Made by a program: the position numbers and the translations under genes. The notes under the pieces were generated by a model, which saw only the letters and a list, made by a program, of their open reading frames with translations, did no database searches and was not told the origin of the DNA. Shown here piece after piece: positions 30,447 through 38,245 of a DNA stretch of 64,000 nt (the first letter of the stretch is position 1; the number at the start of each line of letters is the position of its first letter). Location: contig CAMDNQ010000010.1 of NCBI GenBank assembly GCA_945903265.1, forward strand, positions 6,372 to 70,371, read 5' to 3'. Source of the DNA: Candidatus Sulfopaludibacter sp. SbA3 (lineage in GTDB: Bacteria > Acidobacteriota > Vicinamibacteria > Vicinamibacterales > UBA2999).

Positions 30447-31172
30447 TTATTCCGTGGCGAAACAGTAGAACAATCCGACGCCGCCCCAGCTGACGAGATC
30501 TCGCTGGCTGCAGGCCGTCGTGGCGTGCGACGAGTTCCATGACTGATTGCCGTTGCCGATGCGATCAGAGTGGCCTACCTGGGCCGACCCCGCGCCGTTG
30601 CTCGTCCAGTTGTTGCAGGTGTGGTCGGCGGTGTCTGCGAAGGCACGACCATCCGGTTGCGATCCGGTCAGGATGTCGTGGCGAGTTGGCATCGGGTCAC
30701 CGATGCCGTTGACCAGCTCGCCTTTCTCCGTCAGCGCGAACTCCTTCGTCAGGTTGCTGCCCCGGCGCGCCTCGTCCAGCGTGTCCCCATGGATCTCCGA
30801 CGAGATAATTGGCCGGCTCAAACGACGGTTCAGATAGTCCGGGACGCGCTCCTTCGCGCTGAACCACGGTCCCTTGCCGATCCGATCGCGAGCGTTGACC
30901 GCGGGCTGTCCCGGACGGGCCTGGGTACTGAGATACGCCCGCCACGTCCTGCTGCCAGCGCCCACCGCCGTCGCCAGCGTCTGGCAATGAGCGTCGGCGC
31001 CCGCCAGGCCGCCCAGATTCCCCCCGTCGCCGATAGGCTCGCTTGTCACGAAGAACGTCATCAGGCTGGAGGGAATGCGATCAGGGGGCGGGATCGGGCC
31101 GGAACCCTGTGCGTCCGCCGCGCCAGGCGCGGCGACGATGCCGACAAACAGCCACCAACAAAGGCGTTTCAT
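30447..31172 (-). CDS. secreted Cys-containing lectin/endostatin-like (DUF1554-like) protein, paralog 1
   Basis: 241 aa with a signal peptide. Motifs are TFFVTSEPIGDGGNLGGLAGADAHCQ, HTCNNWTS and the C-terminal LFYCFA. The family assignment is from memory. Confidence 0.6.
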   Translation of the reverse strand: MKRLCWWLFVGIVAAPGAADAQGSGPIPPPDRIPSSLMTFFVTSEPIGDGGNLGGLAGADAHCQTLATAVGAGSRTWRAYLSTQARPGQPAVNARDRIGKGPWFSAKERVPDYLNRRLSRPIISSEIHGDTLDEARRGSNLTKEFALTEKGELVNGIGDPMPTRHDILTGSQPDGRAFADTADHTCNNWTSNGAGSAQVGHSDRIGNGNQSWNSSHATTACSQRDLVSWGGVGLFYCFATE

Positions 31173-31179
31173 GGCTTCC

Positions 31180-31965
31180 TCAGTTGATCGCGAAGCAATA
31201 GAACATCCCCACGCCGTGGGTCCTGTTCAGCGCGGTCTGACTGCACCCGTTTGTGCCGTGCGAGGAATTCCATGAGCCATTGCCGCCGCCGTTGCGATCG
31301 GGAAACCCAATCTGCGCATTCGGCTTCCCAGGCGCAGGCCCCATCCCTCCGGGCTGTCCGGGAGCGGGATCGGCGCTGCTCGTCCAGTTGCTGCACGTGT
31401 AGTCCATGTCCGGCGGAAACGCCCGGCCGTCCAGCTGGGATCCGGTGAGCATCTCGTGCCGGTTGGTATACGGAGTCGTCCTGCTGTACTCCCAGTCAGA
31501 GTCGCGGGGCACCTGGTAGTCATTGAGCCCCGGCACAATCTGACCCTTCTCGGTCAGTCCCGATCGCTTGTGCAGGTTGTTCCCCAGCCGCGCGAGCTCG
31601 ATCGTGTCTCCGTGCAGGTGGGCGACACTGCTGGCGATCATCACGCCGTCGACGTTGTGCCAGGGGCCGGCGCCGATGCGGTCGCGCGCGTTGACGGCCG
31701 GCTGGCCGGGACGGGCCTGGGTGCTGAGATACGCCCGCCACGTCCGGTTGCCCGCGCCGACGGCCGTCGCCAGCGCCTGACAGTGCGCGTCCGCGCCGGC
31801 CAGGCCACCCAGATTGCCGCCCTCGCCGATCGGCTCGCTGGTCACGAAAAACGTCATGGGCGTTCCACCCGGCATGCCGGACTGCGCGTTCGCGACCGAC
31901 GGCGCCAGGCCGCACAGCGCCACGAGGGCGGCGGGAACGACACCCGCTTTCATCCATCGCTTCAT
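31180..31965 (-). CDS. secreted lectin/endostatin-like (DUF1554-like) protein, paralog 2
   Basis: The ATG at 31965 gives MKRWMKAGVVPAALVALCGLAPSVANAQ... The protein shares long near-identical blocks with paralog 1 (TFFVTSEPIGEGGNLGGLAGADAHCQALATAVGAGNRTWRAYLSTQARPGQPAVNARDRIG). The track ORF extends upstream without support. Confidence 0.6.
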   Translation of the reverse strand: MKRWMKAGVVPAALVALCGLAPSVANAQSGMPGGTPMTFFVTSEPIGEGGNLGGLAGADAHCQALATAVGAGNRTWRAYLSTQARPGQPAVNARDRIGAGPWHNVDGVMIASSVAHLHGDTIELARLGNNLHKRSGLTEKGQIVPGLNDYQVPRDSDWEYSRTTPYTNRHEMLTGSQLDGRAFPPDMDYTCSNWTSSADPAPGQPGGMGPAPGKPNAQIGFPDRNGGGNGSWNSSHGTNGCSQTALNRTHGVGMFYCFAIN

Positions 31966-32004
31966 GTCGGGGCATTCTAAGCTACCGGCGCCCCGCTCCA
32001 TATA

Positions 32005-33489
32005 ATGTCGCGCATGGCAAAAGACGGACTGACACGGCGCCGAGTGCTGAAAACCGCGGGCAGCCTGGTCGTGGCTGCCGGCCTGCCGGGGCCGGCCGCA
32101 GCCGGCCGGCGGCAGGCCACATCGGCGCCCGCCAGCGGCGACGTGACGGGACGGCTCGCCCGTTACATGGTGGCCGCGCGCGACCGGGATCTCCCACCCG
32201 ACGTGGTCCGCGAGGCCAAGCACCGCATCCTCGACACGATCGGCGCCATCGTGTCGGGCGCGCATATGAAGCCGGGCGAGGCGGCGATCACGTTCGTCCG
32301 CGGCCAGGGCGGGACGCCTGAAGCCACCGTCCTCACGACCAACATCCGGACGTCAGCCATCAATGCCGCCCTCGCCAACGGCATGTTCGGGCATGCCGAC
32401 GAGACCGACGATTTCGAACCGGTGACCAAAGCCCATCCAGGCTGCGCCGTGGTGCCGGCCGCCTTTGCACTCGCCGAACGTGAGGGGCGCTCGGGTACCG
32501 AATTCCTCCGCGCGGTGACGCTTGGGTACGACCTCTGTTGCCGATTCCTGATGGCGCTCGGGCCGGATCACGTGCGCGCGACCCATCGATCCGCCGAAGG
32601 CACCAGCGCCACGTTTGGTGCGGTGGGAGCGGCGGCATCGCTTGCGCGGCTGAACGAGGAGCAGATGCGGTACGCGCTGTCGTACGCGGCGCAGCAGGTG
32701 TCGGGACTCTGGAGCTGGGTACGCGACAACGAGCACATCGAAAAGGCGTTCGACTTCGGCGGCATGGGCGCGCGCAACGGCGTCACCGCCGCCCTGATGG
32801 TGCAGTCCGGATTCACAGGGGTTCGTGAGGTGCTCGACGGCGAGCACAACATGATCGACGCGATGTCCAGGGAACCCCGCCCGGAGGAGATGGTCGCCGG
32901 CCTCGGCACCCGGTTCTTTGTCACCGAAACCGCGATCAAGACCTTCTCGGTGGGCTATCCGATTCAGGCCCCGCTCGATGCGCTGCTCACGCTGCGCCGC
33001 CAACACGGTCTCACTGCCGACAACGTCGAGCGCATCGTCGCCCGCCTCCCCGAGGATGGGGCGAACATCGTCAACGGCCGGGCGATGCCCGACGTCAACA
33101 TTCAGTACATCCTGGCGGTCGGCCTGCTGGACGGTACTGTGACGTTCACTGACAGTCACTCGTTCGAGAAGCTCAAGGATCCGCGGGTGATGGCCGTGAT
33201 GAAGCGCGTGGAGCTTGTCGGCGACCGCGCCCTGGTCGTGCCTGACGCACCGCGCAGCGGCCACGTCGAGGTGACGCTGCGCGACGGGCGCCGGGTCAGC
33301 CACTTCACCCGGCACGCGCCCGGCACGAAGGAAAATCCGGTCGACGCCGCAGCCATCAATGCAAAGGTTCGCGACCTCATGACACCCGTGATCGGCGCAC
33401 CGCGCACGGAGGAAGTCATCAGAACCGTCCACGCCATCGAACAGGTGAAGGACGTGCGCGAGTTCGTCCGGTCGCTGCTGGGCGCATAG
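32005..33489 (+). CDS. MmgE/PrpD-family protein with a twin-arginine-like leader
   Basis: 494 aa. The N-terminus [34 protein letters not shown] looks like a Tat signal. The body matches the MmgE/PrpD pattern (...[13 protein letters not shown]..., [15 protein letters not shown]). Confidence 0.75.
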   Translation: MSRMAKDGLTRRRVLKTAGSLVVAAGLPGPAAAGRRQATSAPASGDVTGRLARYMVAARDRDLPPDVVREAKHRILDTIGAIVSGAHMKPGEAAITFVRGQGGTPEATVLTTNIRTSAINAALANGMFGHADETDDFEPVTKAHPGCAVVPAAFALAEREGRSGTEFLRAVTLGYDLCCRFLMALGPDHVRATHRSAEGTSATFGAVGAAASLARLNEEQMRYALSYAAQQVSGLWSWVRDNEHIEKAFDFGGMGARNGVTAALMVQSGFTGVREVLDGEHNMIDAMSREPRPEEMVAGLGTRFFVTETAIKTFSVGYPIQAPLDALLTLRRQHGLTADNVERIVARLPEDGANIVNGRAMPDVNIQYILAVGLLDGTVTFTDSHSFEKLKDPRVMAVMKRVELVGDRALVVPDAPRSGHVEVTLRDGRRVSHFTRHAPGTKENPVDAAAINAKVRDLMTPVIGAPRTEEVIRTVHAIEQVKDVREFVRSLLGA

Positions 33490-33491
33490 TC

Positions 33492-33962
33492 ATGGAACGA
33501 CGAATCCTCGACCGTGGAACGCTGGGCGAATTCCGCACCTTCATCGCCCGCGGCAACGTGATGGATCTGGCCGTCGGCGTCATCATCGGGGCCGCCTTCA
33601 GCAAGATCGTGACATCGCTCGTCGAGGGCATCCTCATGCCGCCTCTGGGGCTCGTGCTGGGCCGTGTGGACTTCTCGAGCCTGTTCACCGTGCTCGATTA
33701 TTCGAACGGGGTGCCCCAGTCGCTGGCCGAGGCCAAAGCGCGGGGAATCCCGGTCATCGCCTACGGGCAGTTCATCAACGACGTGATCGGGTTTCTGATT
33801 GTGGCCCTCACCGTCTTCCTTCTGATCAAACAGGTGAATCGACTGAAGCGGCCCGCCGAGATTCCGCCCGAGACTCCGGCGAGCAGGGAGTGCCCCTTCT
33901 GCGTCTCGGCCATCGCGGTCCGCGCGACCCGGTGCCCGCACTGCACGTCCGCGCTCGCGTGA
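33492..33962 (+). CDS. mscL: large-conductance mechanosensitive channel MscL with C-terminal CxxC...CxxC tail
   Basis: [40 protein letters not shown] is the MscL signature. The tail is [24 protein letters not shown]. Confidence 0.88.
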   Translation: MERRILDRGTLGEFRTFIARGNVMDLAVGVIIGAAFSKIVTSLVEGILMPPLGLVLGRVDFSSLFTVLDYSNGVPQSLAEAKARGIPVIAYGQFINDVIGFLIVALTVFLLIKQVNRLKRPAEIPPETPASRECPFCVSAIAVRATRCPHCTSALA

Positions 33963-33975
33963 GGCCGCACGAACG

Positions 33976-34629
33976 ATGCGCTTGATCTTCGAACAGATCC
34001 GGTCGGGCGGCGACCGGAACTTCGGATATTTCCTTGCCGACCGCGAGGCGCGAGCGGGTGTCTTGATCGACCCGTCGTATGCGCCGGAGATCTTCGTGCA
34101 GCGGGCGGAAGACCAGGGCATCACGGTGACGCACGTCATCAATACGCATTCCCATCCCGATCATGTCAACGGCAACGAGGTGGCGCTGTCACGCACGCGG
34201 GCGCCGCTCGTCGCGCACAGCAGCGCCCCGACGTCGCCGTCTGTGACGGTCGAAGACGGCGACGAACTGAAGGTCGGAAGCCTGCGCCTGCGGTTTCTCC
34301 ACGTGCCCGGCCACTGCCACGACCACATCGTGATCTTCGAGCCGAACTACAAGCTGCTGATAACCGGAGATCTGTTGTTCGTCGGGAAGGTTGGCGGGAC
34401 GCGGTCCGAGGAGGATGCGCGGACCGAGTGGAACAGCCTGCAGCATGTCGTCCAGGCGATTCCCCGCGACGCCACCGTCTGGCCGGGGCACGACTACGGC
34501 ATCAGGCCGAGTACAACGATGGCGCTCGAGCTCGAGACGAATCCGTTCCTGCTCTGCGCGGACCTCGCCGCGTTTCTGCGATTGAAGGCAGACTGGGTCC
34601 AGGTGAAGACCGCGCTGGGGCTCAAGTAG
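33976..34629 (+). CDS. MBL-fold metallo-hydrolase
   Basis: 217 aa with the HxHxDH motif (NTHSHPDHVNG) and downstream His/Asp ligands (HVPGHCHDH, GD). Confidence 0.8.
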   Translation: MRLIFEQIRSGGDRNFGYFLADREARAGVLIDPSYAPEIFVQRAEDQGITVTHVINTHSHPDHVNGNEVALSRTRAPLVAHSSAPTSPSVTVEDGDELKVGSLRLRFLHVPGHCHDHIVIFEPNYKLLITGDLLFVGKVGGTRSEEDARTEWNSLQHVVQAIPRDATVWPGHDYGIRPSTTMALELETNPFLLCADLAAFLRLKADWVQVKTALGLK

Positions 34630-34635
34630 CCCCCC

Positions 34636-34917
34636 TCAGTCCCCCGCGTCATTCCACACATACAGAAACTCGTCGTCGCTGGCCGTCGCGACGCGCCGGT
34701 GAGACTTCCGCGTGGCGCGATTCAGCGCCGATCTGACGTTTTCCTTCCCCTCGACGAGCTGCGCCAGCGGTACCTTCAGCGCCGCTCCGTCCTTCAGCTG
34801 ATCCAGGTCCGACAGGATCTTGGTGACGATGCCCTTGTGCTTGCCATTGCGGCCTTGCGGCACGTCCGCCTGCTGCATGCTTTTGAAGTTCATCGCGCCG
34901 TTTTTCGACCCTGCCAT
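34636..34917 (-). CDS. small hypothetical protein
   Basis: 93-aa ORF in an otherwise ORF-poor region. I recognise no family. Confidence 0.45.
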   Translation of the reverse strand: MAGSKNGAMNFKSMQQADVPQGRNGKHKGIVTKILSDLDQLKDGAALKVPLAQLVEGKENVRSALNRATRKSHRRVATASDDEFLYVWNDAGD

Positions 34918-35090
34918 TGCCCCCTCCCGGACGGCCTAACTCATACGTTAAACTAACGTGACGCTATCGTATCCTAAAGATACCCGTCCTGTCACTCCCG
35001 CACTCCTTTAGAAAAACCTGTGCCAAAACCGGCGCGATTTACCCCCAAAACAGGTGACCCGTAGGGCCATACGGCGTGTAGGGTTGGGCA

Positions 35091-35258
35091 ATGGACGACA
35101 AGGAAACACACGGGCAGACCCATTTCGAGCAGGTCCCCCTCGAGACCGTCAAAACAATCATGCGCAGGGGCCTGACAGTGGTCGTTCGCGAAGGCCGTTT
35201 TGAGAAGACGGAACCCTACAGCGTCCCGCCGACCAGATTGAAACAAAATGGCCGCTAG
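35091..35258 (+). CDS. possible 55-aa small protein (not in ORF track)
   Basis: My translation is MDDKETHGQTHFEQVPLETVKTIMRRGLTVVVREGRFEKTEPYSVPPTRLKQNGR. By hand count 41 of 55 codons end in G or C although the surrounding DNA is relatively AT-rich. The 3' end overlaps the next gene's ATG. Confidence 0.3.
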   Translation: MDDKETHGQTHFEQVPLETVKTIMRRGLTVVVREGRFEKTEPYSVPPTRLKQNGR

Positions 35259-35783
35259 GCCCGCGGCCACGGTGGCCGGCGCGCCTGAACGGCCCGCCTT
35301 GCTGTTCGTTGACACTGAGGCCGCAACGCAATCGCTGGCGCCCGCGCTGCGAAGTGCCTTCGCATTGACGTCGCATTCCGACGTAACAGCGGCGCGCGAA
35401 GCCCTCCAGCGGATGCGGCCGGCGCTCGTGACGGTCGACGCCGACATGATGGGGGCCGCAGCAGCCGATTTCTGCCGCGCGGCGAAAGCTCTGACGTGCC
35501 GTCCGACCGTCCTGGTCACAACAGAAGCGGTGGAGCATGTGCCCGGGTTGCTTGCGGCAGGCTGCGACGAGGTGCTCCTCAAGCCGTACGCACCCCACCT
35601 GCTGTATACGCGGATCGGCGGCTGCTCCGTTCACCTCGAGCGACCGCACGCGCCTCAACGTGCCCGCATTGCGCGCAGGATGCCGCCAGGCGCTTCGAGT
35701 TCGCGAGTCACCGGCGCGCCTGGTATGCCTGTCTCGCATGCAACCAGGTATGGCTGGCGAAAGCGCTCCAGCACCTCTCCTGA
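35248..35783 (+). pseudogene. response-regulator receiver domain + C-terminal zinc ribbon, interrupted by a -1 frame change near 35616
   Basis: The frame from 35248 encodes receiver hallmarks (LLFVDTE, VTVDADM, VLVTTE, LLKPY). After ...LLYTRI the high-GC3 signal moves to the frame ending at 35783, giving RRLLRSPRATARASTCPHCAQDAARRFEFASHRRAWYACLACNQVW. Hand-counted GC3 over 35640-35787 is about 79% for that frame and about 60% for the original frame. Confidence 0.5.
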
Positions 35784-35867
35784 ATAGCCGCCTCACATAA
35801 AAAGGGCCGACCCGAAGGCCGGCCCATTTCCCGAGCACCGAAGTACCCGCGAACGCGTGAACCGCTC

Positions 35868-36746
35868 TTAGCCGCGTTCCTTCGTGACCATGTGCTGCAG
35901 GTCGCGCTCGAAACACGGCAGGTCTTCCTCGAGCTCCGCATTCGGATCCGGATTTAGCCGGATCATGCGCGGTGCGAGGACCCACGGCTGCAGGAAGAAC
36001 GGGTCTTCGACGGTCGCCTGCCAGCGCAGCATGTTGCCCTCGCGGCGGAGACGCTCGGTCACCTTCATGTCGATCGAGTGGATCCATCCGGGCCATCCGA
36101 GCCAGGTTTCGTCGTTGAAGTCCACAGTCTCGATGACGAGCTCGTCGCCTTCCCAGCGGCCGCGCGACACGCCGTTCCACAGCCCGATCCATTCGGCCAC
36201 GGGCGGCATTGGACGCCCGTCGATCGGGATGATGCGCGTCATGCGCATGCCGTACAGGAAGATCAGTTCCTTCGGTGTCTGGACGATCTTCTCGGGGGGC
36301 CCCATGCGGGGGACGCCTTCGGGCAGGCACCTGAACGCCGGGTCCGCGGCGTTGCCGTCCTTATCGAGCTGATTGATCTTCTCCCAGTGCTCCGGTTTGT
36401 ACATCGGCCGGTTGCGCACGGCGCGCTGCGACAGGCCGCTGTCGCGCTCGAAGTTCAGGATGGCATGCGCGTAGTTGGCGTCGGTGCCTGCTGGAGCCGT
36501 CTTGTCCAGTTCGGGCGTCCGCGCGCGCAGCAACGCCACGACGCGATCGTCATCGACCGGAGCCGCATTCGCATTAATGGCTCCGCCGCCACCGCCGCCG
36601 GCCCAGATCCCGCTCAGGTCCGGCTTGCCGTCCGCGGTGCGTGGCGTCGCACCCGCCGGTGCGGTCGCCGCCTGCTGCTGGGCGGCGAGTCCGGCCGTGG
36701 ACGCCGCAAGAAATCCCGCCAGGAGAATGGATACGGGTGCCTTCAT
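35868..36746 (-). CDS. secreted partner protein of DUF6152 (paralog of 24509..25378)
   Basis: Motifs DGKPDLSGIWA, CLPEGVPR, RWEGDELVIET, VTERL...VEDPFFLQPW and the C-terminal ...DLPCFERDLQHMVTKERG align with the 24509 protein. The ATG at 36746 is preferred because a GGAG lies 8 nt upstream. The track start is the GTG at 36755. Confidence 0.7.
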   Translation of the reverse strand: MKAPVSILLAGFLAASTAGLAAQQQAATAPAGATPRTADGKPDLSGIWAGGGGGGAINANAAPVDDDRVVALLRARTPELDKTAPAGTDANYAHAILNFERDSGLSQRAVRNRPMYKPEHWEKINQLDKDGNAADPAFRCLPEGVPRMGPPEKIVQTPKELIFLYGMRMTRIIPIDGRPMPPVAEWIGLWNGVSRGRWEGDELVIETVDFNDETWLGWPGWIHSIDMKVTERLRREGNMLRWQATVEDPFFLQPWVLAPRMIRLNPDPNAELEEDLPCFERDLQHMVTKERG

Positions 36747-36773
36747 CGTCATCACTCCAGGAACCTCAGGCGT

Positions 36774-37193
36774 TTACTTCGCGAGATCGGCTTCGCCGTA
36801 GACGCCGCGCGTGAACGTGCGCCCGTCGGCAAATGTGATCGACCTCAGGAGGCCGGTGGTCGATCCGTCGCGCGCCGCAAACGCCGTCGCCGTAATCGGA
36901 TCGCCAATCTTCGCACCGCCGCGGGCCGACAGCGGGAAGCCGTTGCGCCGCAGCTGGTTGGCCGCCGCCATCTGGAGCTCCCAGTCTTCTTCCTTGCCGG
37001 TCTGCTCGTTCTTCACCGTGATGAACAGCTTGGCGTGCGGATTGATCCACTCGGTCTTCTTGAGGGTGCCCTTGATGGTCACCGCCGGCTTGTTGATGTC
37101 GAACTGCGCCTGCACGGCGTGATGCGCGGCAACAGGCGTCCCGGCGACGAGCAGCGCGGCGGCGAGGAATCCACCCAGAAATCGGAATGACAT
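36774..37193 (-). CDS. DUF6152-like secreted protein (paralog)
   Basis: The ATG at 37193 is preceded by GGAGG. The signal peptide ends ...GTPVAA and is followed by HHAVQAQFD...TEWINPHAKLFI. Confidence 0.7.
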   Translation of the reverse strand: MSFRFLGGFLAAALLVAGTPVAAHHAVQAQFDINKPAVTIKGTLKKTEWINPHAKLFITVKNEQTGKEEDWELQMAAANQLRRNGFPLSARGGAKIGDPITATAFAARDGSTTGLLRSITFADGRTFTRGVYGEADLAK

Positions 37194-37268
37194 AGTGCCT
37201 CCAGCTAGTGCGTTGAAACTGGGCTCATTGTGCATCGCGCCGAGGTCTCTGTCCAGACCGCGGAACGG

Positions 37269-38222
37269 TCAATCTTCAGGCGTCCGCAGCCGCGAAAGGA
37301 GGCCCGACAGATCGCGTGGCAGCGGGGCTTCGAACACCATCAACCGCCCGGTTCGTGGATGCGTAAACGAGAGTTTCGCCGCGTGAAGCGCCTGGCGTGG
37401 AAAGGCAATCGGGCGGTCGGTCTCCGGACCGTGGACATACAGACGTTCGCCAACCATCATGTGGCCGTGCAGCCGCGCCTGGATGCGGATCTGATTGCGC
37501 TTGCCGGTCTCGAGGCGCACTTCGACAAGCGATGCGCCCTCCAGTTCCTCGACGACGGCGTAGTGGCTGATTGCCTCCTTGCCGTGTTCCTCGCGCGGGT
37601 GGGCCTGCTTCTGCAGCAGCGCATTGGCGTCCCACTTCAAGTGATCGCGCCACGTGCCGCGCGACGGCTGTGGATGGCCGTAGAGCACGGCGAGGTAGAC
37701 CCGCTCCGGCCTGCGCCGCTCGAAGTCCGCCTTCAGCGCCTGCTGCGCGCGCACGCTTTTCGCAAACACCACCAGGCCCGAGGTATCGCGATCAATCCGA
37801 TGGACGACGAGCGGGGCGCGCTTGCGCGCGTGCAGATGTACGGCGAGATGTTCCTGCACCGACGCGGCCTCGCTGCGCTGCGCCAGCGGAACGGTCAATA
37901 AGCCCGCAGGTTTGTTGACGACAATGACCTCGTCGTCTTCGTACACGATCGCGAGCGAGCCGCCGGCAAGGCTGCCGCGGCGCCTGCGGGAGCTGCCGGG
38001 ACGATCCTCCCAGTACTGGACCACGTCGCCCAGGTGCACGTGGCGACCGGCGTCGCGCAGACGCATTTCGGTGCCATTGAGGAATAGTTTTCCCTTTCTG
38101 ATGTATTCGACGACGCGCCCGCGCGACCCGACGCGGTCCGGGGCGGCGAGAAACTTGTCGAGGCGCGCGCCGGAATCATTGGCGCTAACGGTCCACGAGG
38201 GCTGCTTTGACGTGAGTGGCAC
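37269..38222 (-). CDS. RluA-family 23S rRNA pseudouridine synthase (RluD-like, with S4 domain)
   Basis: 317 aa with a GTG start. Motifs are RLDKFLA (S4 region), VVNKPAGLLTVP and the catalytic HRIDRDTSGLVVFAK. Confidence 0.85.
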   Translation of the reverse strand: MPLTSKQPSWTVSANDSGARLDKFLAAPDRVGSRGRVVEYIRKGKLFLNGTEMRLRDAGRHVHLGDVVQYWEDRPGSSRRRRGSLAGGSLAIVYEDDEVIVVNKPAGLLTVPLAQRSEAASVQEHLAVHLHARKRAPLVVHRIDRDTSGLVVFAKSVRAQQALKADFERRRPERVYLAVLYGHPQPSRGTWRDHLKWDANALLQKQAHPREEHGKEAISHYAVVEELEGASLVEVRLETGKRNQIRIQARLHGHMMVGERLYVHGPETDRPIAFPRQALHAAKLSFTHPRTGRLMVFEAPLPRDLSGLLSRLRTPED

Positions 38223-38245
38223 TTTTTCTGCTCAACCGGGGGTAC

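Noticed and set aside
35496-35783. Treating the zinc-ribbon frame as an independent 95-aa gene starting at the ATG at 35496.
   Set aside because: Its first ~40 codons would overlap the well-supported receiver frame. The junction reads naturally as one protein after a single-base frame correction, so a frameshifted fusion is preferred, although this is not proven.
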